64,000 bases of DNA from contig OZ024751.1 in NCBI GenBank assembly GCA_964016885.1, forward strand, positions 12,400,001 to 12,464,000, given 5' to 3'. Made by a program: the position numbers and the translations under genes. The first letter of the stretch is position 1. Every line of letters starts with the position of its first letter. Below are positions 59,831 to 64,000 of this stretch, one piece after another. Source of the stretch: Eledone cirrhosa (Eukaryota). Below the pieces are notes generated by a model, which did not search any database, was not told where the DNA came from, and saw only the letters and a program-made list of their open reading frames with translations.

Positions 59831-60127
59831 CTGTGTTGGTGTTGGTGGTGTAATTGGTGTTATTAGTTTTAATGTTTTTCATATTGCTGTTGTTATAATT
59901 GTTACATTGCATATTAATATAGTTAACTGTACACAGAAACACACTTACATTATATATACATATATATATATGTATATATAATATGTGTGTGTATACAGGG
60001 TGGTGTGTACACATTGTTATCTCTGATTAATCAGGAGAATGTTCAGAGAAACATTTCCAGCCGTTCGGTCATATGTTTCGCGTCTCTATTCCTGATTTCA
60101 TATTTTTATTATATTATGTTATATTAC

Positions 60128-60176
<49 letters not shown>

Positions 60177-60295
60177 ATATATATATATATATATATATAT
60201 ATATTGATATATATGCATACTTACATATTTTTTCATAGCACACACAAAAATGTGTGTGTAAGTATATATATATATATATATATGTATATGAATAT

Positions 60296-60548
60296 ATACA
60301 TACATGAATCTATACATATATATATATATATATATATACATGAATCTATGCATATATATATATATACATGAATCTATGCATATATATATATATATACATG
60401 AATCTATGCATATATATATATATACATGAATCTATGCATATATATATATATATACATGAATCTATGCATATATATATATATACATGAATCTATGCATATA
60501 TATATATATATACATGAATCTATGCATATATATATATACATGAATCTA

Positions 60549-60595
<47 letters not shown>

Positions 60596-60630
60596 GAATC
60601 TATGCATATATATATTCATGAAACTATGCT

Positions 60631-60697
<67 letters not shown>

Positions 60698-60710
60698 GAA
60701 TCTATGCATA
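60296..60710. repeat. catgaatctatgca(ta)n minisatellite
   Basis: About 11 units with variable TA length. Confidence 0.92.
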
Positions 60711-61046
60711 TAAGTATGTATGTTTATAATTACGTTGGTTCTTAATACGTACGTTAATATGGAGAATGTCATGGGCGATAATTCAAATCTACGTTCTTAC
60801 TACTCTCTGTCCAGCCACAGATTATTATCACATGCCGGTATCGATCCCGCATGAAGTATTGATTTTTTTTTGTTACTTTTTATAATATATTCCATATATT
60901 TACCCCCTTATCTATTGCCGATCTCTAACATAATGGATCCGGATATTGATGAATCAGCTTCGTATCCAGAAACGAATCAGTTGGATAGGGAATAATTAAA
61001 ATAGTATTGCAGCTTGTTATAGAAGGGTTGGATAAGGTTTGCCGTT

Positions 61047-61087
<41 letters not shown>

Positions 61088-61107
61088 TGTATGTATGTGT
61101 TTATATG

Positions 61108-61157
<50 letters not shown>

Positions 61158-61221
61158 AACCATAAACCTCATATATATATAATAAACAACTAACCATATC
61201 ATATATATAGTTGATAGTTCC

Positions 61222-61259
<38 letters not shown>

Positions 61260-61263
61260 TGTA

Positions 61264-61356
<93 letters not shown>

Positions 61357-63084
61357 GATTTTCCCCGCCGCTAAAATCTTACCCATATCAGCAGTCTTGA
61401 CAAATTAACGTACTAATAAAAATAATCATAGTCGGAATATCTCTGTATCTGCATATGTTTTTTTGTGTGTATGTGTATTTGTGTGTATGTGTATTTGTGT
61501 GTATTTGTGAATATGATTATTTGTGTGTATGTGTGTATTTGTGTGTATGTGTATTTGTGTGTATGTGTATTTGTGTGTATGTTTTTGTCTGTGTGTATAT
61601 GAATGTGACTATGAAATGACGGACAAAAGCATGCGTACTGGTACAGAAGTTTGGCTACATACATACATACATACATACATACATACATACATACATACAT
61701 ACATACATGCGCATATTCACAAGCATACAGATATACGTATTCACATACATACATACTTCCATGCATACATAACTACCTACTTAAACACATGTGTAAAAGC
61801 ATACGCGCATAAATAAATGCATACATGCAAACATAAATACATACTTATGCACACACATATATACAAGCATACACGCATACATGTATACATATACGCATAC
61901 ATACATGTATACATGAATACATGCGTATATATACATGAATTGATGCATGAATGTATTTAAAACTATGTATCATAGACTCTGTGATTCAGAGTAAATGCTT
62001 TCCTAACGACCCGAAATTCCGATACACCCTTGTTTTCGATCCCATATTGTAGAAAAGACTCTTCTGTTCATTGCCCTTATATATAATTGTCTATGTATGT
62101 TGATGTTTTGGAGATTGCGTAAGATGAACGTCTCTGTAAATTTCGAAAATTCAAGAAATGGCTGTAAATGGTAGAGGTAAGAGTTATCTTTCTTATATTA
62201 GCTGATAAGATTTCATCTGGAAGAGGACGTTATGAGTTTACAGCTTAAAACTTCTTAATATTTTTCAACCACTTATTTTCAAAATCACACTGTTTTAAAT
62301 CCCCCTAAGATGCAGCCTAGCTTTATTCGTAGTTCAGAACCTAATTCTTGCCCAGGGATCTTTGATCAGTTACTTCTATGTTTTATTTCTACTGAAGAAG
62401 ATAAAAGCAAGATGATTGAACACTTAAAACATCAGCAACAACAACCTTAAATATTCTCAATGGTGGTAGTGTGATCAAATATGTATCTATTGAAATATAT
62501 GGTCATTGTTAGACGTGTTCACATATCTGGGACTAATGCAGCATAATATATTATTGCACAAAACCTACTGTTAAGCATGCTTGCTGTCTGATCATGCATC
62601 AACAACTATCACGTCGCCTATGAAAGCAATAAACCTCGAAATATATTTTATTCTTCACACAAAATCTTCTAAGTAATTCTACAACAAGGCTGGGTGTTAG
62701 TTATAAATACAGTCCATCTGATAGTTTTACACACGATTTCTATCTAAATAATTTCTCTAGCAAGACTTAGAGCACCCAACGACTGTATAGACAAATACAT
62801 TTGCCAAGGTCGTTCTAATTTTCCTAGAACTCAATATTTTTTTGTAAAACCTTGTACAAAATGAAGGCAGCTCAGTAAATTGTTTTGTAATTAGTGGTAA
62901 TTGTTTATGATATATGTATGGGCTACGTTAATGTACAATGGGACTTGGGGTGAGCGGCAACCTACAAAATCGGGCCAACTGGCATCTCTGGTCTGGTTTA
63001 GTCAAAACTATGAATGTTTTTCACACGAATGAAACTACAGTTCTAGTCCAATAAACATCATTTCTATATAAATTAGTATATATA

Positions 63085-63227
63085 ATTAGAAAGTGAACAA
63101 CACAAAATATAACTACTCCATTACCAAAGGTTTCTGGATGACCGATCCAGACATATACTAATATTGTCTGGGATCCAGAAACCTATGGTGATGGAGTAGT
63201 TATATTTTGTGTTGTTCACTTTCTAAT
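63085..63227. repeat. ~140-bp palindrome with inner hairpin
   Basis: attagaaagtgaacaacac...ggtttctggat / atccagaaacc...gtgttgttcactttctaat. Confidence 0.9.
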
Positions 63228-63316
63228 ATTAAATACCTCTGTTCTATACATTGAGCACTCTTTTTTCCTTTGCTTTTCTTCGGAGTTACCTAACACATAT
63301 ATATATCATTTAAAGC

Positions 63317-63354
63317 GAGCTGATGATCCGTTTGAGGTGAAACAATTTGTTCTC
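63317..63354 (+). ncRNA. Minimal type I hammerhead motif
   Basis: GAG CUGAUGA uCC guuuga GGu GAAACAA u UUGU U CUC. 3-bp stem I, weak stem II, GUU site. Confidence 0.55.
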
Positions 63355-63395
63355 AGAAATAGTGTATTAACTGTTGTGGGACTACTTCTCTCTCT

Positions 63396-63453
<58 letters not shown>

Positions 63454-63741
63454 CGGCTCAGTTGTTACCGATGATGTTGATCTTTTCTTTTTTTCAGGTT
63501 ATAGTTACCTTCCCTCAGAGAGTGGGATTGGTTCAGTGCACAGTCTTTCCTCACTTTAAAAAATATCTTCACGCACAGACATTGCACGATAGAATTAATT
63601 AATTATTATTAATAATGGTATATCGTGCAATGGCCATACTCGATAACGAGGGTAGCAGCCATCATATATATATATATATATATGCCCACCTTCACATACA
63701 TGCATATATATATATAGAGAGAGAGAGAGAGGGAGAGATAC

Positions 63742-63772
<31 letters not shown>

Positions 63773-63859
63773 TATACATGTATACTTATATATATATACA
63801 TATATATCCATATATATACATACACACACACGTGTGTGTTCGCGTATTTTAAATATATG

Positions 63860-63890
<31 letters not shown>

Positions 63891-64000
63891 CTGCGTGTGT
63901 ATTCATAAGATCTGCATTTCCGTCAATAAATTCTACTCTCAAGGCATAGAGCACATGACACCTCATATAACATATGATAACCTAAAGCTCAAACAATATA

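Overview
Eukaryotic, very AT-rich and almost entirely repetitive DNA. The repeat repertoire (huge TA/CA/TACA microsatellite fields, a ~190-bp tRNA-headed SINE in ~17 copies, RTE and CR1 LINEs, Penelope-like fragments) best fits an Octopus/coleoid cephalopod intergenic or intronic region; this is inferred, not verified. No complete host gene is present, and nearly all ORFs in the track are microsatellite artefacts. Real coding remnants are: an RTE LINE (42975-45325), a CR1-like LINE (45677-47957), an RTE-type 3' end (49800-50195), two Penelope-like GIY-YIG fragments (3587-3929, 6864-7947), a CRE-clade C-terminus (22683-22847) and one possible Thr-rich terminal exon (26285-27431). Also present are hAT, piggyBac and Tc1/mariner MITEs, a 129-bp satellite with an internal inversion, GC-rich 80- and 92-bp minisatellites and a 200-N gap. 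The most striking signal is in the short unique-looking islands between (TA)n tracts. They contain about 16 type I hammerhead-ribozyme motifs (intact or singly mutated) from roughly ten sequence families, most with minimal palindromic stem III. Several sit in long DNA palindromes that place a ribozyme motif on each strand, one has a compensatory U3-A8 core, and others have 50-110-nt stem II extensions. All RNA structures were folded by eye and need covariance-model and cleavage tests.
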